DNA of 64,000 bases from Octopus vulgaris. Taxonomy: Eukaryota. Of the stretch, positions 52,026-64,000 are shown one piece after another (within the stretch, counting starts at the first letter, position 1; every line of letters begins with the position of its first letter). The notes under the pieces are model-generated. The model was not told the DNA's origin and did not search any database. It saw nothing but the letters and a program-made list of their open reading frames with translations. The DNA is taken from positions 117,304,001-117,368,000 of the forward strand of contig OX597823.1 of assembly GCA_951406725.2 (NCBI GenBank), in the 5' to 3' direction. The position numbers and the translations under genes are program-made.

Positions 52026-52735
52026 CCCCACATCTGCAGAGATGTTTAGCCTGGAGAGGGATGGGCTCCACTAGGATTTCTCACGCAAGATACGCTGCAT
52101 GGCTGCAGCACTCCAATGACCCCCAAGGGGTTGAGGGACTTGTCAAAACACTTTACCAAACTTCTACTGAATGATTGTTTTATGTTATGCTATGGGGGAC
52201 CTGTACAGTTAGTCCAAATACCAAAGGACACTGCAATGACCATTAAAAGTTCCACCTAAGGACTTCTTCCACAAATCTTCAAAGAGAAAGACAAGAAAAT
52301 TATAAAAGTAATTTAGCCCCGTTACAATATTCCTTTGAATTTTATTTATCATTTGAATTATTTCTGTCCATCCAGCATCTGCATCCTAGAAATAGCAGCC
52401 AAATTTTTCCCAAATCATAATTCACATCTGAGTAAAGAGGACATGTATTAAACAACATAGTCCCCAACACTCCCTTCAAAACGGTTATTGTTGTTCTTCT
52501 TGGCAATATTGTTAATGATGATGATAATGTTGACTATGATCCCTTGTTAATCTGACCTATGTGCTCCCACAGCAATCTAACCCAGATGATCCCCACTGTT
52601 TATTCTTGACCCATCGTTTATCAATATTCTAGTCCTTATCTCCACAAGACATCTTCACTTTTGATGAATCACACTTTACTTTATCTTATTATGGCAGATG
52701 TATTTCACTAAGTTCTTCCTTGCATGTACAGATGC

Positions 52736-52766
<31 letters not shown>

Positions 52767-53028
52767 TATATATATATATATATATATGTATGTATACATG
52801 TATATATTTGTATACATATATAATATCCAGTGAAGCAGGCTCAGGGTTTACCTAACGAATGTAGTACAGTTCAATTGTTCATCTTAATTGACTTTGACTC
52901 TTCCCTATCATTCGATTTGGTTAGCCAGCTCTGGATTGTATCAGAGTGCTCATAAGGTACCTGCTCAGATTTTAAATCCCAATTCCTTTACATTTAATAT
53001 ATATATATAAACATTTAGCAGAAGTAAC

Positions 53029-53256
53029 CGCGAGCTGGCAGAAACATTAGCACACCGGGCGAAATGCTTAGCAGTATTTCGTCTGCCGTTACGTGCTGAG
53101 TTCAAATTCCGCCGAGGTCGACTTTGCCTTTCATCTTTTCGGGGTCGATTAAATAAGTACCAGTTATGCACTGGGGTCGATATAATCGACTTAATCCGTT
53201 TGCCTGTCCTTGTTTGTCCTCTCTGTGTTTAGCCTCTTGTGGGTAGTAAAGAAATA
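53029..53256 (+). mobile_element. SINE family E, young copy with a 9-bp TSD
   Basis: AGAAGTAAC at 53020-53028 and 53257-53265; very similar to the reverse complement of 14595-14827. Confidence 0.9.
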
Positions 53257-53699
53257 AGAAGTAACAGAGAGATTCAAGGTTTCAGAGTTGTGTGCATTGG
53301 CATTTATCAACGTAGTTATTAACTCTCACAACAGACTGGAATAGTCAATAAAACTTTAAGACTTATGCTTCTAGTATGGCCTGGTGTCAAATAATCCAAG
53401 ACCTAGTAGTAGTATATGGCTGGCTTGTTGACTATTGCACAGGAAATATTTAAACCTTGCTCATAACTGAAAAATCTAGATTCTATACTGAAATTAGCAA
53501 ATGTTCTAGTTTATAAAATAGGTTCTGTTCTTGGGCACACAAACTATCTTTTAGTATCTGTTCTGTCCTTACAGAGAAGTGTATATTCTTGCCTGATTGA
53601 ATTCTTTGAGGAGGAAGCATCTAGTTTTTATTCTTCTTAGTCTGACTTCTGTAGACACCTCTCAACCTGCCATACTTTCATCAACATCACTGAAAATAT

Positions 53700-53850
53700 T
53701 CTTGACTGATCAGTTTCCAGGTGAAGTTTTATTGATCTCCAGAAAGATTGATATTATTGATCACAATTTATTTATAGAAAAACTTCACCATTACAATATT
53801 TATGGTTCAGTAAATAAATGGTTTAAATCATATTTACAATTACGAAGATG
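53700..53850 (+). mobile_element. CR1/L2-like LINE RT fragment
   Basis: IDIIDHNLFIEKLHHYNIYGSVNKWFKSYL resembles FDTIDHxILLxKLxxYGIxG...WFKSYL. Confidence 0.65.
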
Positions 53851-53879
53851 CCTCTGTGGTTGAGGTCTTATTTGATGAG

Positions 53880-54020
53880 TGCCACATAAAAGCATACAGT
53901 ACACTCATCAGGTGGTTGGCATTAGGAAGGGCATCCAGCTGTAGAAACCATGCCAAATCAGACTGGAGCCTGGTGCTGCTCTCCAGCTTAAGAGCTCTCA
54001 AGATGTCAAATGAGGATGAT
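53880..54020 (+). mobile_element. SINE family C fragment
   Basis: GTGGTTGGCATTAGGAAGGGCATCCAGCTGTAGAAAC. Confidence 0.7.
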
Positions 54021-54287
54021 GTGTCCAGGATGAACTTAGTAGGAACTTATTTTCTTAACTCTAACAATATGAACACAGTTGGCACCGGCAGGATTTGAAC
54101 TCAGAACAGAATGGAATTAGTCCTAAATATTGTTTGATATTTAGCCTGGTTGACTAAAATTTCATCCTTGTCGCAACATCAATTATAATTTCTCACATTA
54201 TAATGAATTTACTTGGATTTCAAATGGAGATCAATTTATCAAATCAATGATGTTTTGCATATTGCTGATACTCATTGAAAAATAACA

Positions 54288-55500
54288 ATTCTGCCAGCTC
54301 ACTGCCCTGTAATAATGGTTTCAAATTTTGCCACAAGGGCAGCCATTTTGGGAGAGGGGATAAGTCCCTTACGTCGACTCCAGCATTTTTACTGACACTT
54401 AATTTATCAACCCCGAAAGGATGAAAGACAACGTCAACCTCGGCAGAATTTGAACTCAGAATGTAGCAATGGGTGAAATACCACTAAGCATTTCCTCCAG
54501 CATGCTAACGATTCTACCAGCTCACCACCTTTCACTGCTTTGTAATGATGATGATAATAATGGTTTCAAATTTTGGCACAAGGCCAGCAATTTCAAAGAG
54601 AGGGCATGTCAATTACATTGACCCCAGTGCACAACTGGTACTTCTTTTATCAACCTTGAAATGATGAACGGCAAAGTCAATCTCAGTGGGATTTGAACTC
54701 AGAATGTCAAAGCAGATAAAATGCCACAAAGCATTTTGTCCAGCGTGCTAATGATTCTGCCAGCTCACCGCCTCAATAATAATAATGATAATAATAATAA
54801 TCCTTTCTACAATAGGCACAAAACCTGAAATTTGGGGTGGGGTGGGGGGATAGTTGATTACAATGATCCCAGTACTCAAATGGTACTTATTTTATTGACC
54901 CTAAAAGGATGAAAGACAAAGTCGACCTCAACAGAATTTGATCTCAGAACATAAAAGCAGATGAAATGCCACTAAGCATTTTGCCCAGTATGCTAATGAT
55001 TCAGCCAACTTGCTGCCCTAATAATAATAATAGTAACAACAACAACAACAACAATGATAATCCTTTCTACTATAGGCACAAGGCTTGAAATTTGGGGAAG
55101 GGAATAATTGATTACATCGACCCCAATGTTTCGCTGGTACTAAATTTATCGACCATGAAAGGATGAAAGGCAAAGATGACCTCAGCGGAATTTAAACTCA
55201 GAACACAGCGGCAGACAAAATACCGCTAAGCATTTTGCCCGGTGTGCTAACAATTCTATCAGCTCTATAATAATAATAATAATAATCCTTTCTACTGGAA
55301 GCACAAAGCCTCAAATTTGGGAGAAAGGATTAAGTTGATTACATCGACCCCAGTACGTAACTGGTATTTATTTATTCATCCCCGAAAGGATGCAAAGCAA
55401 AACCGACCTCGGCAGAATTTGTACTCAGAACGTAGTGGCAGATGAAATATGCTAAGCCTTTTGCCTGGTGTGCTAACGATTCTGCCAGCTCACCGCCTTA
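54288..55500 (-). mobile_element. Head-to-tail array of five SINE E copies joined by (AAT)n-type spacers
   Basis: Copies at about 54316-54530, 54561-54773, 54801-55019, 55061-55265 and 55286-55499, plus a head fragment at 54288-54307. Confidence 0.9.
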
Positions 55501-55895
55501 ATAATACTAATAATAATAAGAAGAAGAAGAGTGCAGTGTCATATTATTCGGTATTATTGGTTACCAAAGCAGGGATTGGCATGAAGTATTTATTTACACA
55601 GACAGAAGTTTGCAACTTTACCTGTCCAGCACCAAAGCATAATACAAATGGTGGTGAGAGAAGAAATATTGTTCTCTATAATTGCATATTGACCATGTAC
55701 TCCAAAGTGATAATTACATTGGTCAGTTGTTAATCTCTCAGGTAATGTGATCCCATTTCAACCCCAAATATTGTGAATAATTCTGGTTACCTTACTGGCT
55801 TTAAAAGGTGTTTTGTGTATATGAAGGCCAAACAGCAAAGTAAAAAAATTTAACCTAACTTCTCAAAGGTTAGTGATGATGATGATATATATATA

Positions 55896-55961
55896 TTTCT
55901 TTATTGCCCACAGGGGGCTAAACATAGAGGGGACAAACAAGGACAGAGAAAGGGATTAAGT
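55896..55961 (-). mobile_element. Isolated SINE E / Tx1-like tail
   Basis: TTTCTTTATTGCCCACAGGGGGCTAAACATAGAGGGGACAAACAAGGACAG. Confidence 0.75.
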
Positions 55962-56109
55962 ATATATAAATATATATGTGTGTGTGTGTGTGTGTATAAT
56001 GGTGAAGTGGGAGGGTCAATACCATGTTTGAGGACAGAGAGAATAAATTTGATAAATAAATATTGCAGGGGGGTGTAGTTTGGTTTGGGGGGTGGTGAGT
56101 ATGTTATAA

Positions 56110-56691
56110 GTTGAGTGAGGACTGAAGGTGAGGAGTCCTGGAGGAGGGGGAGTAGAATGGAAAGAAGAAACTGGGAGGAAACAAAAATGGAGGGGGTGGA
56201 GGAGGAAGAGGGAGGAGAATTGGGAGGAAGGGGAGGAGTAGGCAAAATAGGGGAGGAAGAGGAGAAATGGGGAAAGAAGGAGGAGGAGAAATGGGAGGAG
56301 GAAGAAGAGGAAGAGCAAAAAGAAGAAGAAAAGTTAAAAAGGAGTGGAAAGAAAAAATAGTTGGACAATAAAAAGAAATAAATAAATAAGAAATGAAGAA
56401 GAGAGATGAAGAGAAACATTGCAAGAATATTGTAAGAGATGAGGAGGATGAGGAGAAGGAGGATGAGTAGTAGTAGTGGTAGTAGTAAGAAGAAGAAGAA
56501 GAAGGGAAAGGAAAGAGTGAAAGCAATAGAGAAATGAGCGGTGGTGGTGATATGATGGGGTGGAGAGCTAGCTACTCCACCATGCCCACCACCTTCAAAT
56601 GATAGCAGTTGGACACTTGGACAATGTTACCAGTTAAAAGATACAGGACATTAACATATTAGCATGTAACACAAGGTTCTGATATTATTGG

Positions 56692-56725
<34 letters not shown>

Positions 56726-57240
56726 GGTGGTGGTGGTGATGATGATGGTGATTGGTAGTTAGTGAGAGGTGGACAGGTGATAAAACAGAGTAGAAAGGGA
56801 GAGAGAGGAAAACGGAAAGGCAGATAGAAGGGAGGAGGGGGGATTGAAGGAGGAGAAATGAGAAAGAAAGGAGAGAAAGAGAAAGGGAGAGTAAAAAGTG
56901 GGAGGAGAGATAGAAGGAAGGTGAAAGAGAATGAAAGCAAAGGGTAAAGGTGAGAGGAAGGAACTGAGGTATACACAACCATATATCTATCTATCTATCT
57001 ACAAATTGGTGGGTGTGTGTGGTTGTGTTTGTATGTGTATATATGAGAGAAAAAAGAAAGAGAGAAGAAATAGAAAGAGTAAAAATATTTTAGGGAAATA
57101 CTGTGAAATTGATAATAGAAAGTAGCAACGGTATTGGTGGGAGGTGAAAGAGAGAGACATAGAGAGAGGAGGTATGAAGAAATATAGATTCACATAAGAG
57201 AGAGGGAGGAGAGAAAGAGCAGGAGAGAGAGAGAGAGAGA
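56110..57240. repeat. Purine-rich low-complexity region with GAG/GAA/GGT/GAT repeats
   Basis: Strong purine strand bias visible. Confidence 0.8.
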
Positions 57241-57241
57241 T

Positions 57242-57274
<33 letters not shown>

Positions 57275-57418
57275 GACATATATTAACACACATGCATACA
57301 AACATTCACACATACGCTCATATACACACACACATACATTCACACGTACTCTCACACTCTCCCATACACACACCCACATATACACATATAGACAGAAAGA
57401 TGGATACATAGAGAGATA

Positions 57419-57468
<50 letters not shown>

Positions 57469-58325
57469 GTGCTTGTTGTGTTATGAGTGTGAATGAAATA
57501 GGCGGAGGAAACTAAGATATTTCAATGCAGAATAAGAAGAGAAGTAAGAGGGGTTCTTAGTGAAAGATTGGAGAATGGTAGCAGTGAGAGGAGGTGGCCA
57601 AGAAAAATGTGGTTGAAGGGGAGGAGGAGGAGGCAGAGGGGAAGAAGTTTAAAAGTTAGAGACTAAGATGGAGGCAGAATATTTGCATATTTAAGAGGAA
57701 GAGAAGGAGGAGACAGAGAGAGAGGGGGGGACATGGAGTAAGAAAAGTCCATAGTTTTATATGGTAATGAGACTATTTTCACACAAACACACATGCAAAC
57801 AGACACACAACACACACACACACATGTATATATATATATATAAACATACACATACGTACATAGGTATATTATATGTATAAGTATGTATATACATATATAT
57901 GTATATATATGTATATACATATATATGTATAAGTATGTATATACATATATATGTATATATAATGTATGTGTACAGACACATTCATGGTTAAATTTCTTCC
58001 AAATATCATACATGCAGTGACATATTTATCTCCTATACATGTCTATGAAAGTGTGTATACGAATATATATCAGCTTTTGTGTGTATTTAACAATACATGC
58101 CAATACTTCCCTAACTTATATATACATATATATATATATGTGTGTGTATACACATAAATGTACCTGTATGTACACAAAGCATATGTATATATACATATGT
58201 ACATTTGTATATAGATAAATATACAGATTTATATTTATATATATATATAATATATATATATATACATATATATAAATATATATATATATGCACATAAATG
58301 TATCTGTATGTACAAAGCAGCTTAT

Positions 58326-58361
<36 letters not shown>

Positions 58362-58384
58362 ATGAATATCTATGTATGTATATA

Positions 58385-58422
<38 letters not shown>

Positions 58423-58541
58423 CAAAAATATACACACACACACATAAAGCATTAGATGTCCAAATACATAAATCTATATGCGTATCTATACATATATAGA
58501 TATATATGTGTGTGTATATATAAATATGTATGTATATATAT

Positions 58542-58585
<44 letters not shown>

Positions 58586-58612
58586 ATATATAAATATGTA
58601 TGTATATATATG

Positions 58613-58667
<55 letters not shown>

Positions 58668-59490
58668 ATATATATATATATTTATACACATACAGACATA
58701 CATACATATACACACACACCCGCACATATACAGTCATATACGTATCACTTACATGCCAGCTTTCATATGAACACATACATACATAAAAGATGTATGATAT
58801 TGAAACAGCTAAACACACACACACACACATAACCAAACAACCGATGCTCCTATCTAAATTTGTTCTGTCTCTGGAAGTAATAAATCTACCATTCTTCTAT
58901 GTTACAATCTATACAATATACACACTCGGTGCATGGTCATCACATGCCTACCTTACATACATATACGCATACAGTATATACTCATGCCATTACATAATTT
59001 TTCAATAACCTACCACTTTTCTAATGAAAGCCGTTTCTGTCTAAAGTGAGCATCAAGAAGAATAATAAGCAGCAGCATTGTGTGTATGGGTTCTTTATGT
59101 GTGCAGCTGTGTGAATATGTGTGTGTGTATGTATGTATGTATGTATATGTTTGTACGTATGTGTGTGTGTGTATATATATATATACATATATATATATAC
59201 ACATACCCACACACTCACACCACATGCACACATACACACATAGGTACACACACAAACGAATACAGGTGTGCATACATTTAAATAAGACACTTGTTTAAGG
59301 TGACTTCCCCTGCTAAGTCAGGGATTGAATAAACCATCATACACAAATTTTGTCATAAATACACACACACGCACACATGCACACACACACACACACATAT
59401 GCATATATATATATATACATAGATATATACATGCATAAATACACATATATATTTATAAATATGAACATACATATATATTTGCGTGTGTAT

Positions 59491-59578
59491 TCATCATCAT
59501 TTAAGGTCTGTGTCCTGTATGCTGACATACGTATATATGTATGTGTGTGTATATATACATATACATATATACATATAC

Positions 59579-59633
<55 letters not shown>

Positions 59634-59654
59634 CATATATATATATACATATAC

Positions 59655-59711
<57 letters not shown>

Positions 59712-59780
59712 CATATATATATATACATATACATATACATATATACATATACATATACATATATATGTATATATATGTAC

Positions 59781-59816
<36 letters not shown>

Positions 59817-59868
59817 CTACATATATACTTATGTCAGCATAGAGGACACAGACCTTAAATTATGATGA
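59491..59868. repeat. ~60-bp inverted repeat arms enclosing a TA/CA microsatellite
   Basis: ATTTAAGGTCTGTGTCCTGTATGCTGACATA is mirrored by TATGTCAGCATAGAGGACACAGACCTTAAAT. Confidence 0.85.
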
Positions 59869-59959
59869 TTATATTTATATATAAATATATATTATATATG
59901 TATCAGCATGGCCACTGTCAAAGGACTGAAACAAATAAAGAAAAAAGAAAAGTATAAAG

Positions 59960-60560
<601 letters not shown>

Positions 60561-60679
60561 TGCATTCATACCATGTTGTTACCATTTTTAACCCTTTACT
60601 ATTTCCAAGGCTGCATTGTAGCAGAGTTATTAATACTTCAGACAAATGGATTAACAATGTTTTTTTCTGCCTTTTTGCA

Positions 60680-60855
60680 TTTTGAGTTCAAATCCCACTA
60701 AGGTCAACCTTCCCTAACATACTTTCAAGGTTGATAATTGAAAGTACTTGTCCAGTCAATTACTGATATTGATGAGACTGACTAACACCCTCCCACCAAA
60801 ATTTCATTTCAGGTCTTGTATCTCTTGTATAAAGAATTATTATTATTATTATTAT
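60680..60855 (+). mobile_element. SINE family E, old copy with (ATT)n tail
   Basis: GAGTTCAAATCCCACTAAGGTCAAC...AAATTTC...AAAGAATTATTATT. Confidence 0.6.
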
Positions 60856-61354
60856 TGTTATTGTTGCCATCATTAATATTTATAAACGTTGGCCTTCAGT
60901 TTTCAGCAGTGTATTATTTGAAGCTAATTATAAGTAATGTAACAAGGATCCAAAATTATCTTACATATTCTTCCTGATTGCTAAGGAGGACAACTGCTGT
61001 AAACTACTGAAAACATACAACCTTGCTAAAACTGTGTCACGAAGGTGAGACTTCCTTTATACAACTGGTTCTCAAGACAGCCAATATTGCCCCTTCAGAG
61101 TATTGAGAACTCATGAACATTTCAAGGTGCTGCAGGGGAAGAATGTCTGGATTTTTAGAGTTGGCATAATTTTTCATAGAAGTAGAATATATAAACCATG
61201 CGAAATACTTGTATTTTAACACCAGATATTGTGTTATCAGTGATCAGAAATATGACTGATAATAAACCACTGCAGAAAACTTGATCATATGCAGAACACA
61301 AAAAAGCCCCCACATTTTAGCTCTGCTCACATATCTAGCACTGTTACACAACTG

Positions 61355-63300
61355 GTCATTAGTATTAACAGCAGTGTGGTGGATAAAGCAATTACAGATA
61401 GGAAGGCAAGTATGAGTCATATAGTCAGTCAAGTGGTACAGAAAGACGTCATATCCAATGACTGTTATAGCAGCATTTATAGTTAGCTGCTACAAGGGTA
61501 AAACAGATGCCTTGAATAGAAACAATTACAGAGGTATCAAATTCTTGGACCAGGTTATGATAGTTACAGAGTGAGTTATAGCCCAGTTGAATAGGAACAG
61601 AATTAGACTAAATGTGATGCAGTTTGATTGTGTGCCATCTTCCTAGTGAGACATCTGCATGGGAAGTATCTAACTGAGATTCATCCTTTGTACTTGGCAT
61701 TCATCAGCCTGGAGGAAGCCTTTGAAAGAGTCCCTCATTCTGTTACATGCTGGTCTCTATGGACCTTAGGAGTAAACAAATAGCTTGTTAGAGCCATACA
61801 AGCAATGTATAGGGGCTTGGTGGGATGAGAGTCAGCCATGAGTACAGTGATGAATTTTAGTGTACAAGTAGGAGTTTACCAGTCCTCAGTTCTCAGTCCC
61901 TTGTTGTTCATCATAAGTCCTCCAGGACACAACAGATAAATTTAAGACTGACTGTCCATGTGAAGTACTATGTGCTGAGGATATCACTTTTATAGCAGAA
62001 TCTGTAGCAGAACTGGAAAAGAAATTCCAGGTGTGAAAGCAAAACCTGGAATCATGGGCCTGAAAGTTAAGCTAGCAAAGACCAAAGTTGTAGCTAGCAT
62101 GAAAGCAGACACAACTCTTTCTGCCAGGTAAATGGTCCTGCTCAATATATAGAAAAGGTGTTGGAAGGAATTCCATTTGATGCTTCAGAGCAAACTATGG
62201 ACACATGACAGGTGAGGTGGAATCACAGGTTGGTTAATAGAGAGGCATAGGAGCAGTAAACACTAAAAACACATGGTAAACAAATAGCTTGTTAGAGCCA
62301 TACAAGCAATGTATAGGGGCTCGGTGGGATGAGAGTCAGCCATGAGTACAGTGATGAATTTTAGTGTACAAGTAGGAGTTTACCAGTCCTCAGTTCCCAG
62401 TCCCTTGTTGTTCATCATAAGTCCTCCAGGACACAACAGATAAATTTAAGACTGACTGTCCACGTGAAGTACTATGTGCTGAGGATATCACTTTTATAGC
62501 AGAATCTGTAGCAGAACTGGAAAAGAAATTCTAGGTGTGAAAGCAAAACCTGGAATCATGGGCCTGAAAGTTAAGCTAGCAAAGACCAAAGTTGTAGCTA
62601 GCATGAAAGCAGACACAACTCTTTCTGCCAGGTAAATGGTCCTGCTCAATATATAGAAAAGGTGTTGGAAGGAATTCCATTTGATGCATTCAGAGCAAAC
62701 TATGGACACATGACAGGTGAGGTGGAATCACAGGTTGGTTAATAGAGAGGCATAGGAGCAGTAAACACTAAAAACACATGGAAATTATATATTCTCAAAT
62801 ATCCAGGAGGCTTCCTAGAAGTTGTAGATTGATTTTTTACCTTGGTGACCAAATTAACAGTGGAGGGGGATGTTCTGAAAGTATAGTTGCTAGAATAAGA
62901 ATACCTCAGAATAAAAAGGTAGACTGTTTGATAATGATGTACTAACAGCTATGCTCTATGGTTGTTAGATCTGAATCCAGCAGGCGTGTGAAGACTGGGG
63001 AGGAATGAAGCTAGTATACTCTGATGGACATGCAACATATCTTCAAAAGAATCAGATGCAGCATGCGAGAGAAGACTGCAATGGTTTGATCATGTGATGT
63101 GTATGAATGAGAACAGCTGTATAAAGAAGTGCTGACTGCTTAAAGTGGATGGAACCTGCAGAAGTAAGAGACCCAGGAAGACATGTGATGAAGTAGCGAG
63201 AGCCAACCTCAAGTTGTTGAGTCTCACAGAAGAGATGAAAATAGACTGAGATGTCTGGGGGTAGGAGGTTTTTGAGAAAACCCACCCACCTCAGCAAAAC
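61355..63300 (+). mobile_element. Decayed RTE-like LINE (RT to 3' end) with a ~504-bp internal tandem duplication
   Basis: CYKGKTDALNRNNYRGIKFLD, LAFISLEEAFERVP and other RT remnants with many stops; 61772-62275 is duplicated at 62276-62780. Confidence 0.85.
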
Positions 63301-63512
63301 TGAGTCCTGGAAGCAATGTGTTTTACGTGTGCTCCACCGACATATTGCACTAATTCACACGCCAACACTACCACCTAATGAACCAAACAAACCTTCTCAT
63401 CATGTACTACGTTTGTCTCCCCCACCACTGCTCCTGCAAGCCAACACCACTTTGTCATCTCTCTCTTCTGTCCTCTCCCTGCCAACTGTATCATTGTTAT
63501 CCTGCTACACCT

Positions 63513-63924
63513 CTCTTTTACTCTTTTACTCTTTTACTTGTTTCAGTCATTTGACTGCGGCCATGCTGGAGCCTTTAGTTGAGCAAATTGACCCCGGGAC
63601 ATATTTTTTGTAAGCCCAGTACTTATACTATCGGTCTCTTTTGCTGAACCACTAAGTGACAGGGACATAAACACACCAGCATCGGTTGTCAAGCAATGCT
63701 AGGGGGACAAACACAGACACACAAACACACACACGCATATATATATATAAATATACATATATAAAACGGGATTCTTTGAGTTTCCGTCTACCAAATCCAC
63801 TCACAAGGCTTTGGTCAGCCCGAGGCTATAGTGGAAGACACTTGCTCAAGATGCCACGCAGTGGAACTGAACCCGGAACCATGTGGTTGGTAAGCAAGCT
63901 ACTTATCACACAGCCACTCCTACG
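63513..63924 (-). mobile_element. SINE family A, full-length
   Basis: Reverse complement of 11168-11612. Confidence 0.9.
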
Positions 63925-64000
63925 CGTATATATTTTGTGCACCACTTATTGCATTTCCCTTCTCCTCTCCTCTATCCCACTCTTCTTTTGCACTCTCGGG

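Overview
AT-rich, extremely repeat-dense eukaryotic DNA with no host protein-coding exon I can support, so it is probably intronic or intergenic. The SINE families and microsatellite load look like an Octopus (coleoid cephalopod) genome, which is inference from pattern recognition. Nearly all ORFs in the track are translations of (TA)n, (TATG)n, (CA)n or (GATA)n microsatellites. The window holds about 50 SINE copies or fragments in five families (my working labels A-E). It also holds decayed LINE fragments (RTE, CR1/L2, Tx1-like, Dong/R4-like), a Penelope-like RT fragment, two mariner relics, piggyBac-like and hAT-like MITEs and a Helentron/DINE-like element. The most notable signal is a set of short elements carrying type-I hammerhead ribozyme (HHR) motifs, sitting in or beside TA-rich microsatellites. 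Three have minimal HHRs with covarying stems, and one locus has an HHR with a long helix II in a direct/inverted arrangement. Several near-perfect fold-back hairpins also sit at (TA)n tracts, which fits Penelope pLTR or retrozyme-like activity. Other points: a five-copy head-to-tail SINE array joined by (AAT)n, SINE tails resembling a Tx1-like LINE 3' end, and head/tail shuffling among SINEs. Coordinates were read by eye, so the ends of degenerate elements are approximate.
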